Numbered from the stretch's first letter, positions 11,086-24,446 are shown. The stretch: 64,000 nt of DNA from an uncultured Ruficoccus sp. (GCA_965140785.1 OZ223505.1:64001-128000); one strand, 5' to 3'. Notes: generated by a model not told the origin, from the letters alone. Translations and numbers: made by a program.

Positions 11086-11450
11086 ATTTAACAGGAAGGC
11101 CGGGGGGGACGCGAAGAGGCCAGGCTGCCGCGGTTTTGCTGCTCTGGTTCAATCTCTAATCCCTATTTGGGGAGGAGGCGTTTAGGCCACGTGGACAAAA
11201 TAGCTCATGTCGCCCCTATGGGCGCATTTAGGCCCAAAATCCATGTCCTCAGCTCGACAATTCGGCAAATTGCCTGGCTTCGAAGCCTGAATTTCGGACC
11301 AAAAATCGCCTTCGGTTGCTCGTTCCGTATTTTGTTCACGCGGCCTAGAGCATGCATGAAGTGTGTAAGAATGCGGATCGTGCTCACAGAACAGTCCATT
11401 TCCCATCTGGACTTTCTTTTCGCTCTTCCCGGCCTTCCTGTTAAATCCCT
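11086..11450. repeat. Second TTAACAGGAAGG-arm element, enclosing a MITE
   Basis: ATTTAACAGGAAGGCCGGG at 11086 and CCCGGCCTTCCTGTTAAAT at 11428-11446 are inverted copies. Confidence 0.85.
11183..11347. mobile_element. MITE-like element with 20-bp terminal inverted repeats
   Basis: TAGGCCACGTGGACAAAATA versus reverse complement TAGGCCGCGTGAACAAAATA (18/20); ends are TTAG/CTAG; partial inverted copy near 60549-60607. Confidence 0.7.
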
Positions 11451-11452
11451 CT

Positions 11453-11977
11453 CTACAGCGAGCGGAGTACGTCCTGCCACAGCTCGGCTTCGCCGGGGTG
11501 GCCGTGGGTCTGGAGCTGGCGGAAAATAGTGGCGGTGTCCGGCTCGGTGACGGCGTGGCGGGGGTCGCCCGGCAGGTCGGGGCAGGCGGTGCGGACCAAG
11601 CCCCAGCAGGCCCAGGCGCGCCAGGATTTCTGCTCGCGGCGTTCGCCACGCACGCGGTCGGCCAGGTGTTGGAAGTGGACGCGCGGGTTACCGATGAAGA
11701 TGCCCGGCGGGTTGTTTTTAACGATCCAGATCATCGCCCGGTAGGGCAGGGGCCAGTGCCGGAGAACGGGCTCGGTACCGTCGAGATCCGCGTAGAGGGC
11801 GCGGTCGAGGGCCAGCAGGCTGCGGGCGGAGAGCCCCCGCAGCCAGAGGGTTTGCGCATAGGTGAGGGCGAGCGGGTAAAGCTCCTCGCCGGGCGCGGAG
11901 CGGTGCGGGGCGAGGGTGCGCCACGACATCTGCGGGTCGGCGGGGGGCAGGTGCGGGCAGGGCTCGGGCTCGGGCAT
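11453..11977 (-). CDS. Hypothetical protein
   Basis: Coding-like ORF from MPEPEPCPHLP; Trp/His-rich GNPRVHFQHLA..WRAWACW segment; no family recognised. Confidence 0.65.
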   Translation of the reverse strand: MPEPEPCPHLPPADPQMSWRTLAPHRSAPGEELYPLALTYAQTLWLRGLSARSLLALDRALYADLDGTEPVLRHWPLPYRAMIWIVKNNPPGIFIGNPRVHFQHLADRVRGERREQKSWRAWACWGLVRTACPDLPGDPRHAVTEPDTATIFRQLQTHGHPGEAELWQDVLRSL

Positions 11978-12024
11978 GGCGGTCAGGTTTTCGCACGCGG
12001 CGCGGGCTTGCAACGCCATTCTGG

Positions 12025-12750
12025 ATGTCGTTGAATGCGCCCGTTTTGGAAACGCAGGCAAAGACACAACGGCGGGAAGCCTATCGGATCAACGGCGCGG
12101 CGCGGCTGGGCCTCTGGCTGGGCTGCCTGATCTTTAAGATTTGGGTGCGGACGCTACGCCTGCGCGCCGACGAGCACACGCGCGCGGTGATGGGCAAGCC
12201 CGGCCCCGGTGTCTGCCTGATGTGGCACAACCGCCTCTTTACCACCTCCGAAGTGGTCCGGCGCTATATGCGGCGACCGGGACGGCGCGTCCATGGCCTG
12301 ATCAGCGGGAGCAAGGACGGAGCCTGGCTGGCGGGGATATTCGAGGCGGTGGGCGTCACCCCGATCCGTGGCTCCAGCAGCTGGCGGGGGACCGAGGCGC
12401 TACGCGACATCGTGCGTATCCTCCGGCAGGGATACGATGTGGGGATCACGCCGGATGGGCCGCGCGGCCCCTGCTACAGCGTGCAGAAGGGGGCGCTGAT
12501 CGCGGCCAAAAGCACCGGCGTGCCGATCACGCTGCTCGCCATGAATCCGACCCGGTACTGGCGGCTGAAAAGCTGGGACCGCTTCTACATCCCCGTCCCG
12601 TTTACGCGGGTGGAGATCAAAGCCATCGATTTCAGCGACTACGCAGCCCTGGCACGAGCCGCCAAAGAGGAAGACCCGGCAGCGTATGCACGCCGCCGCC
12701 TCTTGGAGCTCTCAGGGATTCCTGACTGGGAGCAGGGGGACGAGGCTTAG
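12025..12750 (+). CDS. DUF374 / lysophospholipid acyltransferase-like protein
   Basis: MWHNRL, ISGSKDG, IRGSSS, ITPDGPRGP, SWDRFYIPVPF. Confidence 0.88.
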   Translation: MSLNAPVLETQAKTQRREAYRINGAARLGLWLGCLIFKIWVRTLRLRADEHTRAVMGKPGPGVCLMWHNRLFTTSEVVRRYMRRPGRRVHGLISGSKDGAWLAGIFEAVGVTPIRGSSSWRGTEALRDIVRILRQGYDVGITPDGPRGPCYSVQKGALIAAKSTGVPITLLAMNPTRYWRLKSWDRFYIPVPFTRVEIKAIDFSDYAALARAAKEEDPAAYARRRLLELSGIPDWEQGDEA

Positions 12751-13142
12751 AAAGCCGGGGAGGAGACAGAGGTGCCGCCGGCGGCTACGGTGAGATTTTC
12801 ACCTTCGGCCCAGATTTCATCGTTGATGATGAACTTGAAGGCGAGGCCTTCCTTGGCGCTGGCCGTGGACCAGGTCCAGTCACCGTCCACACAGTCCATG
12901 AGCAAGCCCTTTTCCCAGGACAGGCCGCCGCCTTCGCCACGGATGTAGAGGTTGTTCCCCCATCCGATATCGACTTTGGCGATGACGGTGGTCAGCGGGG
13001 TGGCGACTTTCTTGACTGTCTTCTTAGTGGCAACTTTTTTGGCAGCCTTCTTGGTGACGACTTTTTTCACGGCCTTCTTAGCGACCGTTTTTTTGACAGC
13101 AGTCTTCTTTACCGCTTTCTTTGCAGCTTTTTTTATAGCCAT
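12747..13142 (-). CDS. Lys/Ala-rich histone-H1-like tail fused to a CBM20-like domain
   Basis: AKKAVKK repeats, then DIGWGNNLYIRG..LSWEKG..WTW..FKFIIND..WAEGEN. Confidence 0.75.
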   Translation of the reverse strand: MAIKKAAKKAVKKTAVKKTVAKKAVKKVVTKKAAKKVATKKTVKKVATPLTTVIAKVDIGWGNNLYIRGEGGGLSWEKGLLMDCVDGDWTWSTASAKEGLAFKFIINDEIWAEGENLTVAAGGTSVSSPAF

Positions 13143-13301
13143 AGTATTGTCAGTTTAGATTGGGGGTAGTCCGAAACTCTTAGCACACGCAGGGCCAACT
13201 GCAAGATGATTTCCTAACCGCCCTATAATCGTGATGTGCGCAGAAAGGCAGCTTCAGCTCTGCTATGTGTTTGTCCCTGTGAGTGCTAGATACAGTTAAT
13301 T

Positions 13302-16058
13302 TTACTGTCGAGGGGGAAATGGATTGCGGGTGTTGATTCGTGAGAGCGAGTCGTTCAGGCGCATGCCGAGAACGCGCGACAGGTTGAGGAAAAGTTTGCT
13401 CGAAAGAAACGGACTGGAGCGCTGGAGTTTGAGCAGGCTCTCCCAGTCCAGGACCAGGAGCTTGCCCGCGGTGCGCGCGGTCACGTCCGCCGTGCGCCGC
13501 ACACTGGAGACCAGCGCGACCTCGCCCACCACGTCGCCGAGAGCCAGGGTGGACAGGACGACCTTCTCGCCATCGATCTGCTTGCTGACTTCGAACTCGC
13601 CGTCGATCACCACGTACATGCGGTTGCCCAGTTCGCCTTCCTTGATGATGCGCTGGCCGGGCTCGGTGTCCTCCAGGTTGGCCAGGAGGATGAGCTTTTT
13701 GGCCTGCCACTTGGTCATGCCATGGAAGACCGGCGAGGCTTCGAGAAGCGTCTTGCGCAGGTTGAAGCCGATCACGTCCCACAGGGTGATCAGGCGGGTG
13801 GTGGACAGGAGCACGGGCGTAAGAATGATGTCTGCCGCGAAAGCCAGCAGCATGACAAAGGCGCTCAGCAGCCCGAACTGCATGACGGGCATGAAGCTCG
13901 AAAAGCCCAGCACGACGAAGCCCCCGGCCAGGCCGAGCGAGGTCGTCATGACCGGATAAAATTCCGCCCGTAGCGCATTGGCGATGGCGGGTCGCTCCTC
14001 CTTGCACACCTTGAGCTCGCGGTTGTAGCGCACCATCAGGTGCAGCGTGTCGTCCACGGCTATCCCGATCGTGATGGCGGCCACCATGCAGGTGCCCACG
14101 TTGAGCGGGATACCGACCAAGCCCATCATGCCGAACACCACCACCACGGCGAAGACATTCGAGAGCACGGTTAGCAGTCCGGCCCGGACGGAGAGAAAGA
14201 GCAGGGCGACGGCCAGGAACAAGAACACGATCATGCTCGAGAGCGAGAGCACCTGGCCGGTGATGATTTTGTCCACGGCATTGGCGGCCAGCACGGCCTG
14301 CCCGGTCACGCTGAACTCGTGCCGGCCGAAGGCGCCGCTGCGCAGCTTGGCCTCGATCTCGTTCACCAGCCGGTTGAAGTCGCTGCTGTCGTTGATGTTG
14401 CTGCGCACGACGATGTTGACCTTCGAGTAATCCCCGCTGACGTAGGGTTGAAGCGTCGAGCGGTGGAAAAAGAGCAGATACTGGGCGACCAGCGCGTCCT
14501 TGTCCGGGACCTTGAGCATGGCCGGGTCGTCGCCGAACATCGCCTGGTTGACCAGTGCGAGGTAGTCAGTGAGCGAGAGCACCTTGTCGAGGTCGTCGCG
14601 CTCGCGCAGCCACAGGCACAGCACCTCGACCTGCTGGAGTTTGTTGGCTTGCTTGTACTCGCCCGGTTCGCCGCGCAGCGTGATGTAGGCGACCTTGCTC
14701 CCGCTCAGGCGCGAGGCCACGGTGTTGAGTTTTTCCAGAATGGGCGAGTCGGGCTTGAGGAAGCTGAGCAGGTCGTTGCTGACCTTGATCCGGGGGATGA
14801 GGAACAGGCACGGCAACGCGATCAGCGTAAAGATCAGCATGACTGTGCGCGGACGGGCGACCACACGGGTCATGATCAGGCGCGTGACGCTCGCCGCCCA
14901 CCGCCGGTGACGCGACATCTCCGCCTCGTTGTGCGGGACGGCTTTGATGAACCGCCCGAAGTAGCGCAGGTAGGCGGGCAAAAACAGGACCGAGACGGCG
15001 AAGCGCGCCAGCAACCCGAAGGCCGCACTGATGCCGAAGTCCTGCATGATGCGCAGGGCGTTCAGTCCGGTGACGGCGAAGCCGAGCGTGGTGGTGAGCG
15101 CGGTCAGGACCAGGGTCAGGCCGATGCATTTGGCCACGCCCTCCAGGGCTGCCAGGCTGACGGCGCCCTCATCGCGCTTTTCCCGGTACTCGGTCAGGAT
15201 GTGGACATCCTCGGTCGCGCCGATGATGAGGATGAGCGCCGGCACAATGTAGTTGAGCATGCCGATCGGGATGCCCACCAGCGCCATAAAGCCGAGGGTC
15301 CAGCAGGTGGCGATAGCGGCGTTGAGGACAGGGATGATCGAGGCCTGGAGGCTGCCCATCATCATGCCGATCAGAGCGATGAGGATGAGGCCGGAGAGGG
15401 GCAGGAGGATCTTCTGGTCGCCCAGGATGTAGTCGCCCATCCAAACGTGGACGGCGGGTGCGCCCACCTGGAAGACCCGGTCGAACTCGCCCGCGTAGCG
15501 ATCCAGGATGGTCTGGATGCCTGCGTACACTTCGTGGTCGTAGGCGTTTTCCGGCCCGGTGGGCGGCTTCAGATAAAGGGTCAGCAGGGTAGCGTTGCCG
15601 TCCTCGGAGAGGATGGTCCGCCGCAGCAGCGGGTTGTCCCGGGCGATGGCTTTCTCCTTGGCGGCTGCTTCGGGGGTCTGGGGAAGGGTTTGGAGCAGCG
15701 GGGTCGTATCGACCCAGCCGCCGACGCCCCGGATATTCTGCGCGGTGAAAAGGTTCTCCTCACGCTGGACTTGAGGGAGCTGCTTGAGTTCGTGGGCGAG
15801 CTGCTGGAGCGCTTTCAGCTTTTGCGGGCTGAACAGATCGGCATCCTCGACATAGACCGAGGCCAGCCGGTCGGAGCCGAACTCTGCCCGCACGGCTTCG
15901 TAACGCTGGCGCTCAGGGCTGTCCTTGGGGATGAGCTCTTCGGTCGATACGTTGACCTGAAGCCGGGTCGCCTGCCACAGCCCGAGGGCTGTTAACAGTA
16001 AAACCCCCCCGATGACCCAGGGGGCGCGCCGATAGCAGAATTGGAAGAGTCGCAGCAC
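13302..16058 (-). CDS. MMPL/RND-superfamily transporter with C-terminal cyclic-nucleotide-binding domain
   Basis: Two RND repeats (IGATEDVHI; GIAVDDTLH) and about 12 TM helices; C-terminal IIKEGELGNRMYVVIDG...GEVAL..RRTADV. Confidence 0.85.
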   Translation of the reverse strand: MLRLFQFCYRRAPWVIGGVLLLTALGLWQATRLQVNVSTEELIPKDSPERQRYEAVRAEFGSDRLASVYVEDADLFSPQKLKALQQLAHELKQLPQVQREENLFTAQNIRGVGGWVDTTPLLQTLPQTPEAAAKEKAIARDNPLLRRTILSEDGNATLLTLYLKPPTGPENAYDHEVYAGIQTILDRYAGEFDRVFQVGAPAVHVWMGDYILGDQKILLPLSGLILIALIGMMMGSLQASIIPVLNAAIATCWTLGFMALVGIPIGMLNYIVPALILIIGATEDVHILTEYREKRDEGAVSLAALEGVAKCIGLTLVLTALTTTLGFAVTGLNALRIMQDFGISAAFGLLARFAVSVLFLPAYLRYFGRFIKAVPHNEAEMSRHRRWAASVTRLIMTRVVARPRTVMLIFTLIALPCLFLIPRIKVSNDLLSFLKPDSPILEKLNTVASRLSGSKVAYITLRGEPGEYKQANKLQQVEVLCLWLRERDDLDKVLSLTDYLALVNQAMFGDDPAMLKVPDKDALVAQYLLFFHRSTLQPYVSGDYSKVNIVVRSNINDSSDFNRLVNEIEAKLRSGAFGRHEFSVTGQAVLAANAVDKIITGQVLSLSSMIVFLFLAVALLFLSVRAGLLTVLSNVFAVVVVFGMMGLVGIPLNVGTCMVAAITIGIAVDDTLHLMVRYNRELKVCKEERPAIANALRAEFYPVMTTSLGLAGGFVVLGFSSFMPVMQFGLLSAFVMLLAFAADIILTPVLLSTTRLITLWDVIGFNLRKTLLEASPVFHGMTKWQAKKLILLANLEDTEPGQRIIKEGELGNRMYVVIDGEFEVSKQIDGEKVVLSTLALGDVVGEVALVSSVRRTADVTARTAGKLLVLDWESLLKLQRSSPFLSSKLFLNLSRVLGMRLNDSLSRINTRNPFPPRQ

Positions 16059-16180
16059 CCAGTTAAGTCGCAGTCATGGGCAGCATTACCCACACTGATG
16101 ACGGTTAGCATGAGGGTTTTCCTCCCGCTCACAAGAGAAATGATAGGAGCCGGGCGGGGGCATAGCTCCCCAGCTGCGGG

Positions 16181-17050
16181 TCAGCTCTTTTTGCTGTCGC
16201 CCTGGGGCTCTTCGAGGATTTCCATTAAAGCCTCGTCGCCGTCCTTCTGGTCCTGCAGGGCCTCGACGGTGAAGACCTTATCGGGCAAGGGCTTGTTCAG
16301 GCGGGCCTTGAGCACGGTCATGATCGAGGTGGTTTTGCTTCCATGGTTGTTCATGGCCGCGCGGCGGGGGCGCTGGCTGGGGCCGTCGATCTCAGCAGAG
16401 TCGTAGTCGTAGCCGTTGAAGGTCTTGAAGGGTTCCTTCTCGCCCTCGGCGTAGAACTCGATTTTGAGAATGTTGTAGTTCTCCTTGTCGATGTAGAGGA
16501 GGCGGCTGGGGTAGTCGACCCGGTTGCGGATGTCCACGTTGGCCGGGGCCGACATGATGACAAATACTTCCTTGCCCTCCAGATCCTCGTCGAGCAGGCG
16601 GTAGTACTGGAACTCGTCGGTGTTCTCCTTGCGCAGGTCGTCGAAGGTGAAGTCTGAGCCCATGAAGGAGGAGTTCTTCTGGGAGCCTGTGATCTGGCGG
16701 GCCTGGCCCAGAGCGGGCAGGTAAAAATACTGGTCGCTCTCACCGCCGGGCTTTTCCAGAGTGAGGAGGGAGACGCCGCTGATGTCCTCGGGGGAGAGGA
16801 AGCGGATGAGGTAGCGCAGATTGCCGTCCTCGTCCGGCTTGACCGCGCTGATCAGCTCGCGCACCTGGGTATTGCCGGATTCGTCGATGATGACCATCTT
16901 GATCAGCTCGACCTCCGACTCGGCGGCCTGCTGGGACTTAAGCTCAGCCATGATCTCATCGGCCTGTTGGTATTTGGCCTTGTGAAACCCTGACAGCGGC
17001 AGTGCTGACGCAAGCAATAATAGCGCGATGGCGATCCTCGGGAAAGTCAT
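16181..17050 (-). CDS. Outer-membrane lipoprotein-sorting (LolA-like, DUF1329-type) protein
   Basis: Signal peptide; RFLSPEDISGVSLL, QYFYLPAL..RQI, SFMGSDFTFDDL. Confidence 0.8.
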   Translation of the reverse strand: MTFPRIAIALLLLASALPLSGFHKAKYQQADEIMAELKSQQAAESEVELIKMVIIDESGNTQVRELISAVKPDEDGNLRYLIRFLSPEDISGVSLLTLEKPGGESDQYFYLPALGQARQITGSQKNSSFMGSDFTFDDLRKENTDEFQYYRLLDEDLEGKEVFVIMSAPANVDIRNRVDYPSRLLYIDKENYNILKIEFYAEGEKEPFKTFNGYDYDSAEIDGPSQRPRRAAMNNHGSKTTSIMTVLKARLNKPLPDKVFTVEALQDQKDGDEALMEILEEPQGDSKKS

Positions 17051-17136
17051 AACCGTAGCAGAACTTAGCTTAATCTAGTGTATTAGCGGATGTTGTCAAT
17101 CGGAAGCTTCGCCCTCTTTATCGGACGGATGCGGGA

Positions 17137-17787
17137 TCAGTTAAGCCGCTGGGGATTGTCAATGAGGCCGAAGGCGAGCGCCTGGCGGGTGAGCCCGGCC
17201 ACATCGTGCACGCCGAGCTTCTTCATCAGGTTGGCGCGGTGGGTGTCGGCGGTTTTGACGCTGATGTCGAGCTTTGCGGCGATTTCCTTGCTGGTGCAGC
17301 TTTCGGCGATGAGTTGCAGCACCTGCCGCTCACGCGGGGTCAACTCCTCCAGCGAGTCGCCCTGAGAGGGGTTGATCATGATCTCGCGCATGATGTCCAC
17401 GATGCGCGGCCCGAAATAGCTCTGCCCGGCCACGATTTTTTCTACCGCGACCTCCAGTTCGTTCAGGTTGGCGTCCTTTTCGATAAAGCCTTCGATCCCG
17501 GCTTCGAGGACTTTTTTGACCACGTTCTTGCTCGGGAAAGCCGAGAAGACGAGGATGTCGGGCTTGCGGTCAGCGTTTTTCAACTGGCGCAGCACCTCGA
17601 CGCCGTTCAACTGCGGCAGCATGATGTCGAGCACGACGATGTCCGGTTTCTTCTCCAGAATCTCACGCAGCGCCTCATGCCCGTCGGCAAAGGCACCGAT
17701 GACTTCGATCCCGGGGTACGACTCCAGCAGGCGGCAAATCAGGTCCCGCAGGATGGTTTGGTCTTCAACAACAACGACGCGCTTCAT
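17137..17787 (-). CDS. NarL/LuxR-family response regulator
   Basis: VVVEDQ...VLDIMLPQLNG receiver domain; LTPRERQVLQLIAE..SKEIA..L.IS.KTA..HR HTH. Confidence 0.93.
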   Translation of the reverse strand: MKRVVVVEDQTILRDLICRLLESYPGIEVIGAFADGHEALREILEKKPDIVVLDIMLPQLNGVEVLRQLKNADRKPDILVFSAFPSKNVVKKVLEAGIEGFIEKDANLNELEVAVEKIVAGQSYFGPRIVDIMREIMINPSQGDSLEELTPRERQVLQLIAESCTSKEIAAKLDISVKTADTHRANLMKKLGVHDVAGLTRQALAFGLIDNPQRLN

Positions 17788-18023
17788 GAGAGATAGAACG
17801 AGCCTAAAGCGTTCACCCCGGTTTTGGCAACCACCATTCCGACAGGGAAACTACCGCTCCCCGGAGGCCGGTTACCTGAGGCGGGGTCGGGAAATGTCCC
17901 GGGTTGTTTGAGGCGATCCGGTAGGCGGGGTCATCCAATAAAGGAAGACACAGTTGAGTTGATATTTGGAGTTGTTCACCCTCTGCCGGAAGGATATTCT
18001 TTTTCTCAACCGAAAGAAGCACG

Positions 18024-18374
18024 GTGAACCCGATTCATATTTCATCGCTTACCACTCTGGCCGTCGCGGTATTATTGGTCGCGCTGTCATTGCCGCTTAT
18101 TTACAGGCGGGTGCCGATGAACCACTGGTACGGTGTCCGCTTCAAGGCGTCGTTCAAGTCCGATAAGCACTGGTACGAAATCAACGCCTACGGCGGCAAA
18201 GCCTTATGCGTCGCAGCACTGCCCATCGCCGCCTGGGGTGTCTTCGGTTTCTTCGTGTCAGACGGCGACGCGGACGGGTATGTGTGGCTGGATACGGCGG
18301 TGGTGCTGGCGTCTGTGTTGGTGGCGGCCTGCCTGTCCTGGCTGAAGGCCCGGCGCGTGGATAGCGGCGACTGA
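18024..18374 (+). CDS. SdpI-family membrane protein
   Basis: PMNHWYGVRF..S..SDKHWYEIN..GG motif, three TM segments. Confidence 0.75.
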   Translation: MNPIHISSLTTLAVAVLLVALSLPLIYRRVPMNHWYGVRFKASFKSDKHWYEINAYGGKALCVAALPIAAWGVFGFFVSDGDADGYVWLDTAVVLASVLVAACLSWLKARRVDSGD

Positions 18375-18421
18375 CGGGGGTTTATGTGCGGGCTGGGTGG
18401 AGTTTCTCGGTCCCCGCAGTG

Positions 18422-19705
<1,284 letters not shown>

Positions 19706-19715
19706 GGAAAAAGAA

Positions 19716-19749
19716 GGGGATTAACCGCAAAGGCGCAAAGGCGCAAAGG
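19716..19749 (+). repeat. Left arm of GxxExxY cassette (3 x CGCAAAGG)
   Basis: GGGGATTAACCGCAAAGGCGCAAAGGCGCAAAGG. Confidence 0.9.
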
Positions 19750-19787
19750 TGAATGTTGCAGGAGTTAGGGGGAGCGGGTTGGCCTTT

Positions 19788-20180
19788 TTAGCGGCTAAGG
19801 ACGACACGCCGGATGCCTTGTTTGATTAACGGGGTGTTAAAGTTAATCAAAAGACCGAGCTGGTTGCCGGTTAATTTAAGATAAGTGAGCAACTGGGCTT
19901 GATGAATGGGTGCTAGTTCTTCGATCGCCTTGATCTCGATGATGATCTTTTTTTCGATCCAAATGTCGAGCCTGAGTCCGGCATCAAGTTCCACTCTATC
20001 ATAGACCACGGGAAGGTGAACTTGTGTCTCTATTCCGAGATTTTGTTTGGCTAGTTCATGGGCAAGACACTTTTTATATACCGATTCGAGCAGGCCGGGA
20101 CCGAGTGCCGTATGCACTTTATAGGCACAGTCTACGGCAATTTTAGCCAAGGAGTTTTCCAGTTCCAACGGCATTCCCAT
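19788..20180 (-). CDS. GxxExxY protein (PD-(D/E)XK nuclease superfamily)
   Basis: LGPGLLESVY motif, RLD...IIEIK, AQLLTYL, GLLINF; visibly AT-richer than neighbours. Confidence 0.92.
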   Translation of the reverse strand: MGMPLELENSLAKIAVDCAYKVHTALGPGLLESVYKKCLAHELAKQNLGIETQVHLPVVYDRVELDAGLRLDIWIEKKIIIEIKAIEELAPIHQAQLLTYLKLTGNQLGLLINFNTPLIKQGIRRVVLSR

Positions 20181-20239
20181 TAATGTCTTCTACAAAGACC
20201 GAAAGCACCAAGACGGTAAAGCCAGAAGTCAATTGCCCT

Positions 20240-20273
20240 CCTTGGCGCCTTTGCGTCTTTGCGGTTAATCCCC
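20240..20273 (-). repeat. Right arm of GxxExxY cassette
   Basis: Reverse complement GGGGATTAACCGCAAAGACGCAAAGGCGCCAAGG, 32/34 identical to the left arm. Confidence 0.9.
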
Positions 20274-20278
20274 CCAAC

Positions 20279-20306
20279 AAAAAAGCCCCGGCGCTTGGCC
20301 GAGGCT
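20279..20306 (-). terminator. Terminator of ppdK
   Basis: AGCCCCGGC/GCCGAGGCT stem preceded by an A run on the + strand. Confidence 0.7.
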
Positions 20307-20335
20307 CTTGAAAGGTGCGGAACGCTCTGCGCGGG

Positions 20336-23092
<2,757 letters not shown>

Positions 23093-23220
23093 CCTGTATA
23101 TGGGTGGCACGGCGGCGAAATTGCCGCACGTGGCATGGTTTTAAGTATTGAACGATGGTAAGGAAACCGCGATAGAAAAAGGTTTCCAGCTCGCCTGTCA
23201 ACGGAAAGCTGGCGCACGCT

Positions 23221-24047
23221 ATGATGGACGAACCCGAGAATGGTCAAGAGCTCGCCAACGAGCCTGAGGAGCACGAGCCCGGTACGATGGGGCTGCTCGA
23301 CCACCTGGAGGAGCTGCGCTGGGCGGTGCTCAAGAGCATGAGCGCAGTGTTGGCCGGGGTCCTGCTCACGGCCTGTTTCTTTCCCACTTTTTTCTCTGTC
23401 CTGCGCTACCCGCTGGACCGCGCGATCGCCAACGAGCCGGACGGCCTCGTCGCCCTGACCACCACGAGCGTGATGGGCGTCTTCATGGTGATCATCCAGG
23501 TCTGTATGATCGGGGGCGTGGCCCTGGGCCTGCCTTTTGTGCTCTACCATTTTTCCCGTTTCGTCGCGCCGGGGCTGACGCAAAAGGAAAAAACGCGCCC
23601 TCGTCCCGGCTTGCGGGGCGACGCTCGTGCTCTTCCTTTTGGGGTGCCTGTTTCGCCTACTTCGTGGTGCTGCCGACCGGGCTGGAAGTGACCTTGTATT
23701 TAAATAAGAAACTCGGACTGGGGATTATCTGGACGGCGCAGAGCTACTATAACCTGGTCATCTGGCTGATGATCGGAGTGGGGGTGGCCTTCGAGTTTCC
23801 GCTCGTGCTGGTGATCCTTCAATACATCGGGGTGATCTCACCGGAGCAGTTGCGCGAGTACCGCCGCTTCGCCGTGGTGATCATCCTGGTGGCCGCGGCC
23901 CTGATCACGCCCGGGGGCGACCCGGTGACGATGCTCATGCTGGCTTCCGTGCTCTACCTGTTCTTCGAAGCTGCCATCGTGGTGGGGGATAAACTCGTCC
24001 GCAAACGCAAGGCCGCGATGGAAGAGTTCCTGGACGACGAGGAGTAA
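23221..24047 (+). pseudogene. tatC: Twin-arginine translocase subunit TatC, apparently frameshifted
   Basis: MGLLDHLEELR and FVAPGL in the first ORF; AFEFP, YRRFA and ALITP.GDP in the second; frames join if one A (23588-23593) and one T (23651-23653) are removed. Confidence 0.85.
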
Positions 24048-24185
24048 CCCTCCTTCTCGTTTGTTTGGATAGTCTGGAGTTCGACCACGGCTTTTTTCGC
24101 AGTGGCAGGACTTGCTTTAAAAACCAGTTCAGCCGAGTGCGACAGATTATACCGATTTCAGCCAGGAATGATAAAATACCTATTT

Positions 24186-24262
24186 CCCGCGAAGCCACGC
24201 GAAGATACGCAAAGTCGATGAGGAAGTGATTCACTTCGTGTTCCTTCGCGTAACTTCGCGGG
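24186..24262. repeat. Palindromic element with 3 x CGCGAAG arms
   Basis: CCCGCGAAGCCACGCGAAGATACGCAAAG ... CTTCGTGTTCCTTCGCGTAACTTCGCGGG. Confidence 0.85.
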
Positions 24263-24446
24263 CCATCTCTTTATCGATACTACTTGAATACGGTATTATA
24301 CCATTTCTAAGAATTAGATATAGGCTATGTTAGCCCCGGCTAAATAATCATCTCGAAGCAGATGGGAAGCGGTATTAGACGAAAACGCTCGGGTCTGATC
24401 TAGCTCAGTGCGCGGACTCCTGTCTCGGCAGCCCTGATATCCGGGC

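Noticed and set aside
11167..11649. ORFs 11167..11529, 11182..11649 and 11205..11480
   Set aside because: They run across the repeat/MITE region and lack protein-like features.
17840..17905. CGGGA-aatg-TCCCG and related palindromes upstream of the NarL regulator
   Set aside because: Too short to distinguish from chance in GC-rich DNA.
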